From a virus (taxonomy: Duplodnaviria; Caudoviricetes): a stretch of 64,000 nt of DNA. The stretch spans positions 29,055-93,054 of the IMG/VR virus record IMGVR_UViG_3300043344_000002, one strand, 5' to 3'. The translations under genes were made by a program, and so were the position numbers. The notes beneath the pieces are model-generated. The model was not told the origin of the DNA. It saw only the letters and a program-made list of their open reading frames with translations, and searched no databases. This document shows, piece by piece, positions 49,440 to 59,642 of this stretch (position 1 is its first letter; every line of letters starts with the position of its first letter).

Positions 49440-50801
49440 ATGACGGCCGGTGGAATGACGCGCAGCGAGGTTGCTGGCGCTTCTGCACGCGCTCTGATGA
49501 GTTACCTCGAGCGCCCGCCGGGTTGGAACCCACGTCCCCACCAGATTCCACCACCCGGAGACTGGTACGGGTGGCTTTTGAATGCTGGTCGCGGGAGTGG
49601 AAAAACGAGAACCTGCGCACAGTACATCATTGATCACGTGAAGGGCCCGCCGTGTCTACCCGGTAGCACTCCCCACTGGATTGGTATCATCGGTCCAACG
49701 CTTGGAGACGCTGTTACAGCTTGCTTCTCTGGACCGTCTGGGATTGGCCCGAACGATCCGACCGCAAAGCTTGCAGGAGGTTTGGGCGGCACGGTCATCA
49801 AGTGGCCAAACGGCTCGCAGGCAAAGCTGTTTGGAGCATCTACGCCTGATGATATTGAGCGCCTTCGGGCAGGCGGGAATGTGTGTGTTTCGTGGTGTGA
49901 AGAACTAGCGGCATGGCGTCATCTAGAGCAGTGCTATCAGCAGATGCGCTTCGGTCTTCGCTCAGGTAAGCGTCCTCGCTGGATTGCGAGCACAACGCCT
50001 AAGCCGCGTCCGCTAATCAAGAAGCTCGTAAAGCAGACACCGCATAACGTCGTTGTCACATACGCGACGACTCATGATAATCCACATCTTGAGCAGCACG
50101 TGCGTGATGCGCTTTTTGAGGAATACGAAGGTACGCAGATCGGTCGACAGGAACTGCTCGCTGAGGTTATGGAGCAGGATGAGAATGCTCTGTGGCAGCG
50201 ATCGGACATCGATCTTTACCGTGTGAAGGAAGCACCTGATCTCGTACGCGTCACGGTTGGTGTTGACCCGTCGGGCGGTGCCGGCGAACAGGGCATTGTC
50301 GTCGCGGGTAAGCACATTCTCGACGAGATCGTTAACGGTCGCGCACAAAAGCGCTTCGAGGGTTATGTTCTCGCAGACATGACGTGTCATCTCGGTCCCG
50401 CTGGTTGGGGTAGGCGAGCGGTCCAGGCAGCGATTGACTGGGAAGCCGATGACATCGTTGTCGAGACGAACTACGGCGGTGAGATGGCCGTCGTTACGAT
50501 CCGTGACGCGGCACTCGCGATGGGTGTCACCATTCCCGTGAAAATGGTTGTGGCGACACGAGGTAAGCGCGTTCGCGCTGAACCCGTCGCTGCACTTTCG
50601 GTACGAGGACAGTGGCATCACGTTGGAACGTTTGATGCTCTTGAGGACCAGTTGTGCACATGGACTCCTGAACTTGGCTACTCGCCTGACCGACTTGACG
50701 CCATGGTCTGGACTGCCTGGCATAACAAGATCGTAGCCACGCGACCGCGCGGCATGGGTTCATTTGCAGGTGGAGGTTCCATGTCCCGCTCGATTGGTTA
50801 A
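49440..50801 (+). CDS. terminase large subunit
   Basis: AGRGSGKT Walker A, WCEE Walker B, STTP, VGVDP, SPDRLDA. Confidence 0.95.
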   Translation: MTAGGMTRSEVAGASARALMSYLERPPGWNPRPHQIPPPGDWYGWLLNAGRGSGKTRTCAQYIIDHVKGPPCLPGSTPHWIGIIGPTLGDAVTACFSGPSGIGPNDPTAKLAGGLGGTVIKWPNGSQAKLFGASTPDDIERLRAGGNVCVSWCEELAAWRHLEQCYQQMRFGLRSGKRPRWIASTTPKPRPLIKKLVKQTPHNVVVTYATTHDNPHLEQHVRDALFEEYEGTQIGRQELLAEVMEQDENALWQRSDIDLYRVKEAPDLVRVTVGVDPSGGAGEQGIVVAGKHILDEIVNGRAQKRFEGYVLADMTCHLGPAGWGRRAVQAAIDWEADDIVVETNYGGEMAVVTIRDAALAMGVTIPVKMVVATRGKRVRAEPVAALSVRGQWHHVGTFDALEDQLCTWTPELGYSPDRLDAMVWTAWHNKIVATRPRGMGSFAGGGSMSRSIG

Positions 50802-50842
50802 CGGCTGCACTACGTTAGTGTAATCCGAAAAGAGGTGATGAA

Positions 50843-51085
50843 GTGAGGGGGTGTATTGTGGAGATCGGCGAGAAGGAGATATACGATCTGCTGATGATTC
50901 TCGATGGAAAGATGGATGCGTATATGCGTGCGCAGGAACCGCAGATGGCGCTGTTTAACCATCGACTTACATCGGTAGAGACCAAGATGGAAAAGACAGC
51001 GGATCGAACTTGGTTGCTCTATCTTACGCTGATCACGTCACTCGTTGCGTTGATTGGTGTCATTACACCGCTTATCTCAAAGTAG
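50843..51085 (+). CDS. small coiled-coil + C-terminal TM protein
   Basis: Hydrophobic C-terminus. Confidence 0.55.
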   Translation: MRGCIVEIGEKEIYDLLMILDGKMDAYMRAQEPQMALFNHRLTSVETKMEKTADRTWLLYLTLITSLVALIGVITPLISK

Positions 51086-51095
51086 GATGTGACAA

Positions 51096-51434
51096 ATGTC
51101 GACTGAGGTGCTCCTGGTATTGATGACGCTTGTTACGTACCGCACAGCGAAGTTGCTCACGGAAGATGACTTTCCTCCACTGTTGTGGTTGCGTAAGAAG
51201 CTCACTGATCCTTACTCCACTCATCCTGATGATCCCGTCAGGCGAACGACAAAGGTGCCGTACTGGCTCGCCTACCTCTGGACCTGCATGTGGTGCATGC
51301 CGATCTGGACTTCAGCTGTCGTAACGGGATTGACTGCTTTGACCATCGGCGTTCCGGCGCCACTACTGGTATGGCTTGCGATTGCGGCCGGTGCGAGTCT
51401 TATTTCGCACGCTGAAGAATTTTTGACCCGCTAG
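51096..51434 (+). CDS. DUF1360-like membrane protein
   Basis: TYR..KLLTED....LR; LWTCMWCMPIW. Confidence 0.75.
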   Translation: MSTEVLLVLMTLVTYRTAKLLTEDDFPPLLWLRKKLTDPYSTHPDDPVRRTTKVPYWLAYLWTCMWCMPIWTSAVVTGLTALTIGVPAPLLVWLAIAAGASLISHAEEFLTR

Positions 51435-51447
51435 GGAAGGCGGAACG

Positions 51448-53358
51448 ATGGCATGGTGGAATGGCCGCAGGAAGAATAAGCATGCGGCAGTTGACACCCG
51501 ACTCGTCGTGCCATCGCGTGATGACCGTGTTCTCACCGCTGCCGCGCAAACTGTTAATACCCTAGCACAGGGTCGCACGCGTGTTACGCCAAAGTACGAT
51601 GGTTGGCAGCGTGAGCTATGGGATTACTACGACACGCTTGGTGAATTCAATATCTCCGTGACGTGGCGCTCGTACATGATCTCGCGCGTGCGACTCCGTG
51701 CCGCAAAACTTAAGCCCGGATCTGATGAACCCGAAATTGTTGACTCGGGTCCAGCGGCTGATCTCGTCAATGAACTGTGTGGTGGCACCGCACGTCAGAC
51801 TGAAATGCTTGGGTCGCTCTCTGTGTACCTTGATGTTCCCGCCGAAGGTTGGCTCGTTGGCGAGACGGTGGGTAGTCGACAGAAGTGGCGTGTCATCTCG
51901 AGCGACGAAATTCGGCGACGTGGCCGCAACTATGAAGTCATTGCAGACGATTCCACAGAAGCTGACGTGCACTGGCGTGATCTGCCGCAAACTACTTCAT
52001 ATGTAACGCGCATCTGGCGCCCGCATAAGCGTCTTCACTACTTGCCGTATTCATCCGCGTACGCGGCTCGAAGCGCGATGCGTGAACTTGAGCTCGTCAA
52101 TCGTCACATCCAGGCACAGTACCTCTCGCGCTTGGCATCGGCTGGTCTCATCATTTTCCCCGATGAGATCACTTTTCCGGTGCGTCCTGAGTTCATGAAT
52201 GAGCCTGACCCGTTCATTCGTGAGTGGATCGAGACCGCAGCCGAAGCCATTAAGAACCCAGGTTCGGCATCGTCGTTGATTCCACTGCCAATTCGCGTGC
52301 CTGCTGAGTACGTGGAAAAGGTAAAGCACGTTGACTTCACGCTCAAGATGGATGACAGGATCATCGAGAAGCGAGACTCGGCGCGTAACCGTCTCGCATC
52401 AATGATTAACGTCCCAGCGGATCTGCTCTTTCAAGCAGGTGACGTAAATCACTGGGGACTTTGGCAGCTTGAAGAAGGTGCCATTCGTACCTACATCACT
52501 CCTGACGTTGAGATCATTACAAGCGGTCTCACCACTGGATACCTACACCCACGTATGCGTGCGCTCGGCATTGAAGATTACGAAGACTGGGTTATTTGGT
52601 ATGACGCGTCTGAGCTAATGGTGCGTCCGGACAAGTCGGACAACGCTAAGGACGCGTACGATCGTCTTGAATTGTCCGGCACTGCTCTTCGTCGTGAAGT
52701 TGGTTTCGACGAGGATGACGCACCAGATGACACTGAACTCGCGAACATGATTCTTAAGAAGCTGGCGACGAACCCAACACTCGCTATTCAGGCGCTGGAG
52801 AAGCTCACCGGTATTAAGTTGGAGCAGCCTCCTACGCAGACTCCCGTTCCCGCTGAAGGTCCGGTGGTGACTGGCGGTAACGCAAGTGGTGATGACAGCG
52901 GTGCGTCAAGCGATGGACCGCCGAAGACTGAAGACGATAAGCCGCCTGCACCTGGCGAGCTAGCAGCTGAACTTGAGCGATTCGCAATCGAGAGCACGCT
53001 GCCGCAGCCTATCATTACAGGTCCAGTGGTGCCAGGACCGGTACCGTTTGAGACGCTCTCACTTGAGAACCGCGCGTTCGCTATCATGCAGGCGGGTATG
53101 CGCCATGTGATGGAATTCACTATGGACAGCTGGCGCCTTAAGCACCCGCTCATTTGCATGGAGAAGCAGTTCTCCTGCCCATTCACGCACGCCACGTATG
53201 AAGGTGTGCGGTTCCGCCCCGGGACCAAGGGCGACTACGAGTGTTTCCTCACTGACCAGGGAGAGCTCTCCATTGGTCAACGGTTGGTCAATCACGACGA
53301 CGCGCGACTCGTCGCCAACCCGAGGAAGGCCATCAATGGTACACGTCTCGGGTCCTAG
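51448..53358 (+). CDS. portal protein
   Basis: Position after TerL; WQRELWDYYD..GE, RIWRPH, SRLASAG, NHWG motifs of cluster-B-like portals. Confidence 0.88.
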   Translation: MAWWNGRRKNKHAAVDTRLVVPSRDDRVLTAAAQTVNTLAQGRTRVTPKYDGWQRELWDYYDTLGEFNISVTWRSYMISRVRLRAAKLKPGSDEPEIVDSGPAADLVNELCGGTARQTEMLGSLSVYLDVPAEGWLVGETVGSRQKWRVISSDEIRRRGRNYEVIADDSTEADVHWRDLPQTTSYVTRIWRPHKRLHYLPYSSAYAARSAMRELELVNRHIQAQYLSRLASAGLIIFPDEITFPVRPEFMNEPDPFIREWIETAAEAIKNPGSASSLIPLPIRVPAEYVEKVKHVDFTLKMDDRIIEKRDSARNRLASMINVPADLLFQAGDVNHWGLWQLEEGAIRTYITPDVEIITSGLTTGYLHPRMRALGIEDYEDWVIWYDASELMVRPDKSDNAKDAYDRLELSGTALRREVGFDEDDAPDDTELANMILKKLATNPTLAIQALEKLTGIKLEQPPTQTPVPAEGPVVTGGNASGDDSGASSDGPPKTEDDKPPAPGELAAELERFAIESTLPQPIITGPVVPGPVPFETLSLENRAFAIMQAGMRHVMEFTMDSWRLKHPLICMEKQFSCPFTHATYEGVRFRPGTKGDYECFLTDQGELSIGQRLVNHDDARLVANPRKAINGTRLGS

Positions 53359-55804
53359 TCTCGATCAACTTGACGATCGTGGTGATCGATTCGCTGCAGA
53401 CATTAGGCGTGCGATTGCTTCCATTGTTAATGATGTCATGCCTACGGTCCAGAGTGTTGATGATCTCGCGATCATTCGTACACACTGGACCAAGGCCGTT
53501 GGTGTCTCACTGTCTCAACACCTCCTGAACGCGTGGCTAGACTCGGCCGATGACACGTATGGCCAGCTAGTCAAGGTGTCTGCGCGGGTGGATCGGGCGC
53601 AGACAGAGCAGTCAAGCGCGGATCACCCAACGGCACTGACTGCCGCGTTTTTGGTGCCTAAGGTCGTTAGTCGTCTCGCTGAGTTGTTTCTCGAGAGTGC
53701 GATCAATCGTCTCGTTGCCATTGGTGATCTCGTGTGGAACACTGCACGTAAGCAGATGCTCATCGGAATGCAAGCTGGTGAGAGCATCGTTGAGATTCGT
53801 AATCGTCTTATGGAGACGACGAAGCTTGCTTCACCACGTGCTGAAGTTATCGCACGTACCGAAGTGATTGGCGCGAGCAACGCAGGTTCATACGCTGAGA
53901 TGAAGGCAACCGGGCTCAATGCGACGAAGGAATGGATTGCGACAGAGGATACTCGCACGCGTCCTTCGCACACGCATATTGATGGTGAAGAAATCGGCAT
54001 TGACGATAAGTTCATCGTTGGCGGATATGCTATGTCGTATCCTCACGACCCCACTGGACCGCCGCAAGAAACCATCTCGTGCCGCTGCACGCTTGGGTGG
54101 GACATTCCTGAGGAGGAATTCTTGACCATCGACGGTGCACCACTAGCGGCGGCAGCAACTGCATTTCACTTGAAAGGTTTGCATGACCAACACTCGCATG
54201 GTCGACGTGGTGCGCGCAGCGTCCTAGGCGGCAGCATTGCACCCGGTAAGACAATCAAGATGACGCACGGCTTGGTGCACAAGAAGCATCCAGGGGGTAC
54301 GACGATTGCTGTCAACAAGGGTGGCGACAAGAAGGTCACCTGGAATGGTAAGTCGTACGATCTTGACACCAAGCAGTCTGATGGATCGTGGAAGACTGAG
54401 AAGAAGGTCATCAAGTCAAAGGCTTATAAGGAAATCAATGACTTTGACTCGGCGTGGCACGAGCCAGTAGCGGAAGGTGATGATACTGAGTTGCCATCAG
54501 CTAAGACTGCACCTACGCCTACACCAAGTAAGCCTAGCGCGCCTGCTACCGCACCAACACCGACAACGCCAAAAGCTGTGATGATTGGCAAGTATGATGC
54601 TGCAAAGCCAGGTAAGCCAATTGCGCTTACGCAAGAATTGATCGATCAAAATTACCCGCCGCATAGTGTTGTCGCAATCACGCCTGACGGCAACACGAGG
54701 CTTGCGTGGGGAAAAGATAAGTTTCAGATCCTTGAACGCGAACCAACGACTAATACGTGGTTTATTGTGGAGGATGCACCTAAAAATAAAGCACTCGCGA
54801 TGGCAAATGGTTTTTCTAAAGAGTGGCATGCGTCAGTTGAAGATAGTGCCACAAGCACTATTCCGGCTGCACCAGCTACGCCTACACCAACGACAACGCC
54901 AGCCGCAAGCGGACCGAAGACGTTTACACCTATTCAGAAGGCCTACGCACAATCAATCTTTGGCAGTAACGGCGTCAAGTGGCACACTGACACAAAGAAG
55001 ATCTACGACTCAGCACTTGAGGTGTCCCAGAAGGATTCGTCGCTAACGATGGCTGACGCTTTGGCCATCATGGACCAGTCGCTACAGAAAAAGACTGGTG
55101 ATCCGTTTCAGACGAAGATGACGAAGTTCCTGCAGACAAAGGCAGGAATGAAGTATGCGCAGGAAAAGGGTGGCTCGGCACCGGTAGGCTCGATGGTATC
55201 AACCGCGCCTGCCGCACCTTCGGTTAAGATTCCTAAGTCTAATGCACTGGCAACTAATCTTTCAAAGCCGGCTGCGACAAAGATGCAAGACGATATGAAT
55301 AAAGTTGCTCCACCACCCTGGACTGCTGCACAGAAAGCTGCACTGCGTAAGTACACAGGTGGAGACTACAAGGTGATTAATAAGTGTGCTCGTGGCACTG
55401 GCGCGTGTACACCTGCGACACTTAAGACACTTGCAGATATTAAAGCAGGTATGAAACCAAGTACGCAGAACATCAAGCTTTATCGTAAGACTGCACTGGC
55501 GACATTTGGTGTTAAAAGTAATGCGGAACTTGAAGCATTCGCCGGTAACACAATTCGTGATGATGGTGTCATCAGCACAAGTATCACAGAGGGTACGTGG
55601 AGTGGTGAAGTTCATGTAAAAATTGAGGCGCCAGCCGGATCTAAGATGGCATGGGTGGCACCAATCAGTCATTACCCGGGTGAGAACGAATTCGTCCTCG
55701 CGCCAGGAACTGAGTTTGAAGTGATTAGCGTAGAACCACACTATTCATTCCCGAATCAGCGCGTTATGAAGGTTCGCATCGTACCGGGGAGTGGCACGCC
55801 ATGA
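53336..55804 (+). CDS. MuF-like minor head protein with C-terminal ADP-ribosyltransferase
   Basis: IARTE, KEWIATED.RTRPSH, CRC (MuF); YT...Y..IN, LYR, ISTS, ENE (R-S-E ART). Confidence 0.88.
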   Translation: MVHVSGPSLDQLDDRGDRFAADIRRAIASIVNDVMPTVQSVDDLAIIRTHWTKAVGVSLSQHLLNAWLDSADDTYGQLVKVSARVDRAQTEQSSADHPTALTAAFLVPKVVSRLAELFLESAINRLVAIGDLVWNTARKQMLIGMQAGESIVEIRNRLMETTKLASPRAEVIARTEVIGASNAGSYAEMKATGLNATKEWIATEDTRTRPSHTHIDGEEIGIDDKFIVGGYAMSYPHDPTGPPQETISCRCTLGWDIPEEEFLTIDGAPLAAAATAFHLKGLHDQHSHGRRGARSVLGGSIAPGKTIKMTHGLVHKKHPGGTTIAVNKGGDKKVTWNGKSYDLDTKQSDGSWKTEKKVIKSKAYKEINDFDSAWHEPVAEGDDTELPSAKTAPTPTPSKPSAPATAPTPTTPKAVMIGKYDAAKPGKPIALTQELIDQNYPPHSVVAITPDGNTRLAWGKDKFQILEREPTTNTWFIVEDAPKNKALAMANGFSKEWHASVEDSATSTIPAAPATPTPTTTPAASGPKTFTPIQKAYAQSIFGSNGVKWHTDTKKIYDSALEVSQKDSSLTMADALAIMDQSLQKKTGDPFQTKMTKFLQTKAGMKYAQEKGGSAPVGSMVSTAPAAPSVKIPKSNALATNLSKPAATKMQDDMNKVAPPPWTAAQKAALRKYTGGDYKVINKCARGTGACTPATLKTLADIKAGMKPSTQNIKLYRKTALATFGVKSNAELEAFAGNTIRDDGVISTSITEGTWSGEVHVKIEAPAGSKMAWVAPISHYPGENEFVLAPGTEFEVISVEPHYSFPNQRVMKVRIVPGSGTP

Positions 55805-56685
55805 CAACGTCTGAGCCAACACCGAAGACTTCACTTGAAGATCCTAACGCACAGTCGTTCTATGTCGTTAAGCAGGATGACAAGGGCTTCACCGATGAGC
55901 AAATCGCGAAGTGGTTGAGTGGTGAACCACTTGATGTTGTCACGGCCGCTGTCAATGCGTTTCATTTGCCTGGCAAGCATAATCAACTTGATCACGGACA
56001 TGTTGGTAATAATCATGGTGGTACTGGCGGTGACAAACAGTCGAGTATCGACGCATCGGAAATGACGAATCGTCGTGCGCAGTTTGACGAGCGCATTAAA
56101 GATGCCTACACTGGTGATGAAGTATTCACACGAGGATCGCAGTATGCTTCACTTGAAGACTTTACGCAGGCGTATGAAAACGAGCGCGGTGAAGGTGATC
56201 CGACTGCGTCTCGTGTTGAGAGTTCTTATGGGATGTACCAAGTAAGTTACGAAGAAATCAACACTGAACTACGTAACGACAATCTTGATGACTTCAATGA
56301 ACGTGTTGTGAACTATATGAACACAGGATTTAAGCATAGTAGTACGACGAGTGATGTGGTTGTCCACCGAGGAATCGGTAATGCTAAGCATCTATTCGGT
56401 GATGCCTGGAACGATGAAGGTGATAATTCAGGACTCTCTTGGGATGATCCAGCGTACATGAGCACAACTACATCCGCCATTGTCGCGCGTTCATACGCCA
56501 CTAACGATCTCATTAAACGAGACGGTGTAATGATGCGTATGCTCGTTAAGCGTGGCACGCCAGCTATGTCAATGCGTGGTAACTTGTCACAGCTACTTCT
56601 CGGACCAGATCGAACAGCTACCGTAATACGTGATTACATCGGTGATGATGATGGCTTTCGCACAATTGACGTGGAGGTCTCATAA
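55801..56685 (+). CDS. ADP-ribosyltransferase-like protein, degenerate catalytic ExE
   Basis: YEEINTELR, VHRG, YMSTT, but LSQLLL where ExE is expected. Confidence 0.7.
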   Translation: MTTSEPTPKTSLEDPNAQSFYVVKQDDKGFTDEQIAKWLSGEPLDVVTAAVNAFHLPGKHNQLDHGHVGNNHGGTGGDKQSSIDASEMTNRRAQFDERIKDAYTGDEVFTRGSQYASLEDFTQAYENERGEGDPTASRVESSYGMYQVSYEEINTELRNDNLDDFNERVVNYMNTGFKHSSTTSDVVVHRGIGNAKHLFGDAWNDEGDNSGLSWDDPAYMSTTTSAIVARSYATNDLIKRDGVMMRMLVKRGTPAMSMRGNLSQLLLGPDRTATVIRDYIGDDDGFRTIDVEVS

Positions 56686-56687
56686 CC

Positions 56688-57473
56688 GTGGGAAGCATTT
56701 TGATCGACAATGCCAGCGCGCCGGTTAAGACGCGACGACAGTGGAGTGTCACAGCCGCAGCGAATGAAGAAAAATTCACAGGTGGAATGATCGCTCTCAT
56801 TCCCACTGATGCTGACATCGCGCGTCTTGCACTGGACGGTGAAGAGCCGCCTGAGGACTTGCACCTCACGCTGTGGTACTTGGGTGACGAAGAAATCAAC
56901 ATCGCGCATCAGCTACGCATTCTTCATGGCGTGGTGCATGCTGTTGAAGGCATGCCGATAATGCACGGCAATGCGTTTGGCGCAGCACACTGGAATCCAG
57001 AGAGTGAACATCCCGCGTGGGTGCTCAACGTTGGTGATGCAAATGAAGACGATGTTTGGAATCTCGCACATGTTCGTGGCTCGATCATCTCGCAGATCAT
57101 AGGCTTTGACATGCCTGAGCAGCATACTCCGTGGCAGCCACACATCTGCATTGCTTACTCGAGCGATGACCTACTTGATGAACTTAGTTCACGTACAGGT
57201 CCAGTGACATTTGATCGAGTGCGGATCGCGTTTGGTCACGAGATCACTGACATTAAACTTTATGATGATTCGGTAGTCACTGCAGCGGGTAAGAAGTCTG
57301 GTGACAATAATAATCTCAAGGACTACTGGACCAAGGATCCGAGAGGACTCGCTAAGTGGGTTGATAAGCCGCATCCGTGGACAGAGCTCTACGGCCACCT
57401 CAAGAAGTTCATGCCAGACGAAATGGCCAAGCGTGTTGCGTCTGAGTGGTATCACGAAGTGAAGGGTCACTAG
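56688..57473 (+). CDS. 2H phosphoesterase (2'-5' RNA ligase / Acb1-like fold)
   Basis: LHLTL and PHIC motifs. Confidence 0.85.
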   Translation: MGSILIDNASAPVKTRRQWSVTAAANEEKFTGGMIALIPTDADIARLALDGEEPPEDLHLTLWYLGDEEINIAHQLRILHGVVHAVEGMPIMHGNAFGAAHWNPESEHPAWVLNVGDANEDDVWNLAHVRGSIISQIIGFDMPEQHTPWQPHICIAYSSDDLLDELSSRTGPVTFDRVRIAFGHEITDIKLYDDSVVTAAGKKSGDNNNLKDYWTKDPRGLAKWVDKPHPWTELYGHLKKFMPDEMAKRVASEWYHEVKGH

Positions 57474-57586
57474 CCAAACGAAGGCAAGAAGGGTCACAAG
57501 TGAGTATTTAAAGATCTCGCTGTAACGTGGAATCCGAACGGTGAGAACTCAATGATAGACTAACATCATCATCAGGAGGTGGACCC

Positions 57587-59416
57587 GTGCCGTGGCACAT
57601 TGTTGAGAACAGCACTGAGTGCGAGAATGGCGAGCCATTCGCAGTCGTGCAGGACGACACCGATGAAGTAATTGGGTGTCACGACACCGAGGCGTCTGCC
57701 CAGGAGCACATTGACGAAATGGTTGCCGACGAGGGTAGTGTCGATCCTGGCGAAAAGTCTGAGCTTTTCGAAGCAAAGTCAGTTACGCTGGCTGCTGACG
57801 AAGCTATTCCTGACGGTCACATCCGAGTCGGTAATGGTTCGTACATGTCACAAGCTGACTTTGACATTGCACGACGGTGGCGTGGCACCCTTGTGGTTGA
57901 GGGCATCACCACGGGAGACGGCCGTGAATTCTCGCCTGAGGCACTGGACTGGGTTGAGGCTCCGCTCATTCGGTGGCAGAAGGAAACTGCGCACGGTGGC
58001 GAGCACGATGTCACCGTAACGGTTGGTCGCGCCGATAAGGTATGGCGTATCGGTGAAAAGATCGAGGGTGAGGGCGTCCTCGACATCGTAAGTCCAGATG
58101 GCTTCGAGATCTACCGGCGCATGAAGGAAGGCTTCGCTGGCGGTATCTCCATCGACGCTGATGACATCGCCGATGCTGACGTTGAGGTTGTGTGGCCGGA
58201 ATCGCCCAATGAAACGGCGAGCGATGACAGCCCCCTGAAGCTTCTCTTCGGTAAGCCGGAGAAGATGGTCTTCCATGGTGGTCGCATTCGTGCCGCTACC
58301 ATCGTTGACATCCCTGCGTTCGTAGAGGCCAGGATCGGTCTCATCGGAAACGACACGACTGCACTCGTCGCTGCAGCTGCGGAACCCGTCACAGGCATGC
58401 CGATGCAGCCATCGTACGCGATTCACCAGCACACCACGGCATTGTCTGACGCTCCCTGGACCGCGCCGCATAATCGCGGAATGAAGCGCACAGCGCCACT
58501 TGGTGCGTACGCGTGGGGCCGTGGTGACATCGCGCTACTGCTTCACCATGAGACACTTGGTGATGAAGTTGGCCCGGCCAACCTCACCGCCTGCTCCGCT
58601 GCTGTCGCGGAACTCGTCAACTCTCGGGGTGTTATCCCAGCGACTGATGAGCGCACCGTCTACGAGCACTTGGCCGGTCATCTGCGCGACGCTGGCCTAA
58701 CACCACCACCATTCCCGAAACTGGACGCACTCTCGGCCGCGCTCGCTATTGCGGAAGAGAAGTTGCCGCCCAGTGAGTGGTTCGAGAACCCGCGATTGAC
58801 GGTACCGGTAGGTATCACAATTACGGATGAAGGACGCATCTACGGGCACGCTGCCCAGTGGGGCGAGTGTCACATTGGCTTTGAGGACACGTGCGTTGGC
58901 CCGCCTGTCGAGGATTCTCATCCTTACTTCATGACTGGTGAGGTTATCACCGCTGACGGTTCTCGTGTTGCCGTGGGGCAGATCACCGTTGCCACCGGAC
59001 ACGCACCATTGAACATGCGTGCGTCGAAGGCGGCCGAACACTATGACAACACCGGAAGCGTGGTCGCAGACGTCGTCGTTGGGAACGATGAGGTTGGCAT
59101 CTGGGTCGCAGGTGCGATTCGTCCCCACGCTGAAGCTGCACGTGTTCATGATCTGCGTGCGTCGGGTCGTGTGAGTGGTGACTGGCGCCGCATCGGCGGT
59201 GAACTTCGCATGGTGGGTCTGCTTGGTGTTAACGTGCCAGGCTTCGCACTTCGCACACGAGCGCGTGTTGCATCAGGCGTGCCGCAGGCGCTCGTCGCCG
59301 CTGGACTCATGACCATCGGCAATGGCGGTATGACAAATGCCGAAGACGAGGACACTGCTGCAATGAAGCGTGTTCTTGGAATGCTTAAGACTCGAGTGCA
59401 TAGTGGAGGTGAATGA
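57587..59416 (+). CDS. capsid maturation protease
   Basis: TGDGR, ATIVDIPAF, GRIYGH.A.W..CH, VSGDWR, VNVPGF; position before the major capsid gene. Confidence 0.8.
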   Translation: MPWHIVENSTECENGEPFAVVQDDTDEVIGCHDTEASAQEHIDEMVADEGSVDPGEKSELFEAKSVTLAADEAIPDGHIRVGNGSYMSQADFDIARRWRGTLVVEGITTGDGREFSPEALDWVEAPLIRWQKETAHGGEHDVTVTVGRADKVWRIGEKIEGEGVLDIVSPDGFEIYRRMKEGFAGGISIDADDIADADVEVVWPESPNETASDDSPLKLLFGKPEKMVFHGGRIRAATIVDIPAFVEARIGLIGNDTTALVAAAAEPVTGMPMQPSYAIHQHTTALSDAPWTAPHNRGMKRTAPLGAYAWGRGDIALLLHHETLGDEVGPANLTACSAAVAELVNSRGVIPATDERTVYEHLAGHLRDAGLTPPPFPKLDALSAALAIAEEKLPPSEWFENPRLTVPVGITITDEGRIYGHAAQWGECHIGFEDTCVGPPVEDSHPYFMTGEVITADGSRVAVGQITVATGHAPLNMRASKAAEHYDNTGSVVADVVVGNDEVGIWVAGAIRPHAEAARVHDLRASGRVSGDWRRIGGELRMVGLLGVNVPGFALRTRARVASGVPQALVAAGLMTIGNGGMTNAEDEDTAAMKRVLGMLKTRVHSGGE

Positions 59417-59417
59417 C

Positions 59418-59516
59418 ATGTGTGGGTGCCGAAAGAACAAGAAGATCATCATCCAGCCGACTGAGGAGCAGATCCCTCCGACTTCTCCGCAGCAGGAACC
59501 CCCCGTTCAGCAGTAG
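59418..59516 (+). CDS. small MCGC-type peptide
   Basis: GGAGG RBS; MCGCRKNKK...; typical of this head-gene neighbourhood. Confidence 0.55.
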   Translation: MCGCRKNKKIIIQPTEEQIPPTSPQQEPPVQQ

Positions 59517-59642
59517 GACATTCTTCGTGGTGGGAGCACAAACTGCTCCCACCGCGAAGAGAATATTGCACGATAGTGCCACTTTGATACGCTACGGAGA
59601 GAAAGCGCGCGGACGTCCGCTCGCCCTCAAGAGGAGGCTTGA

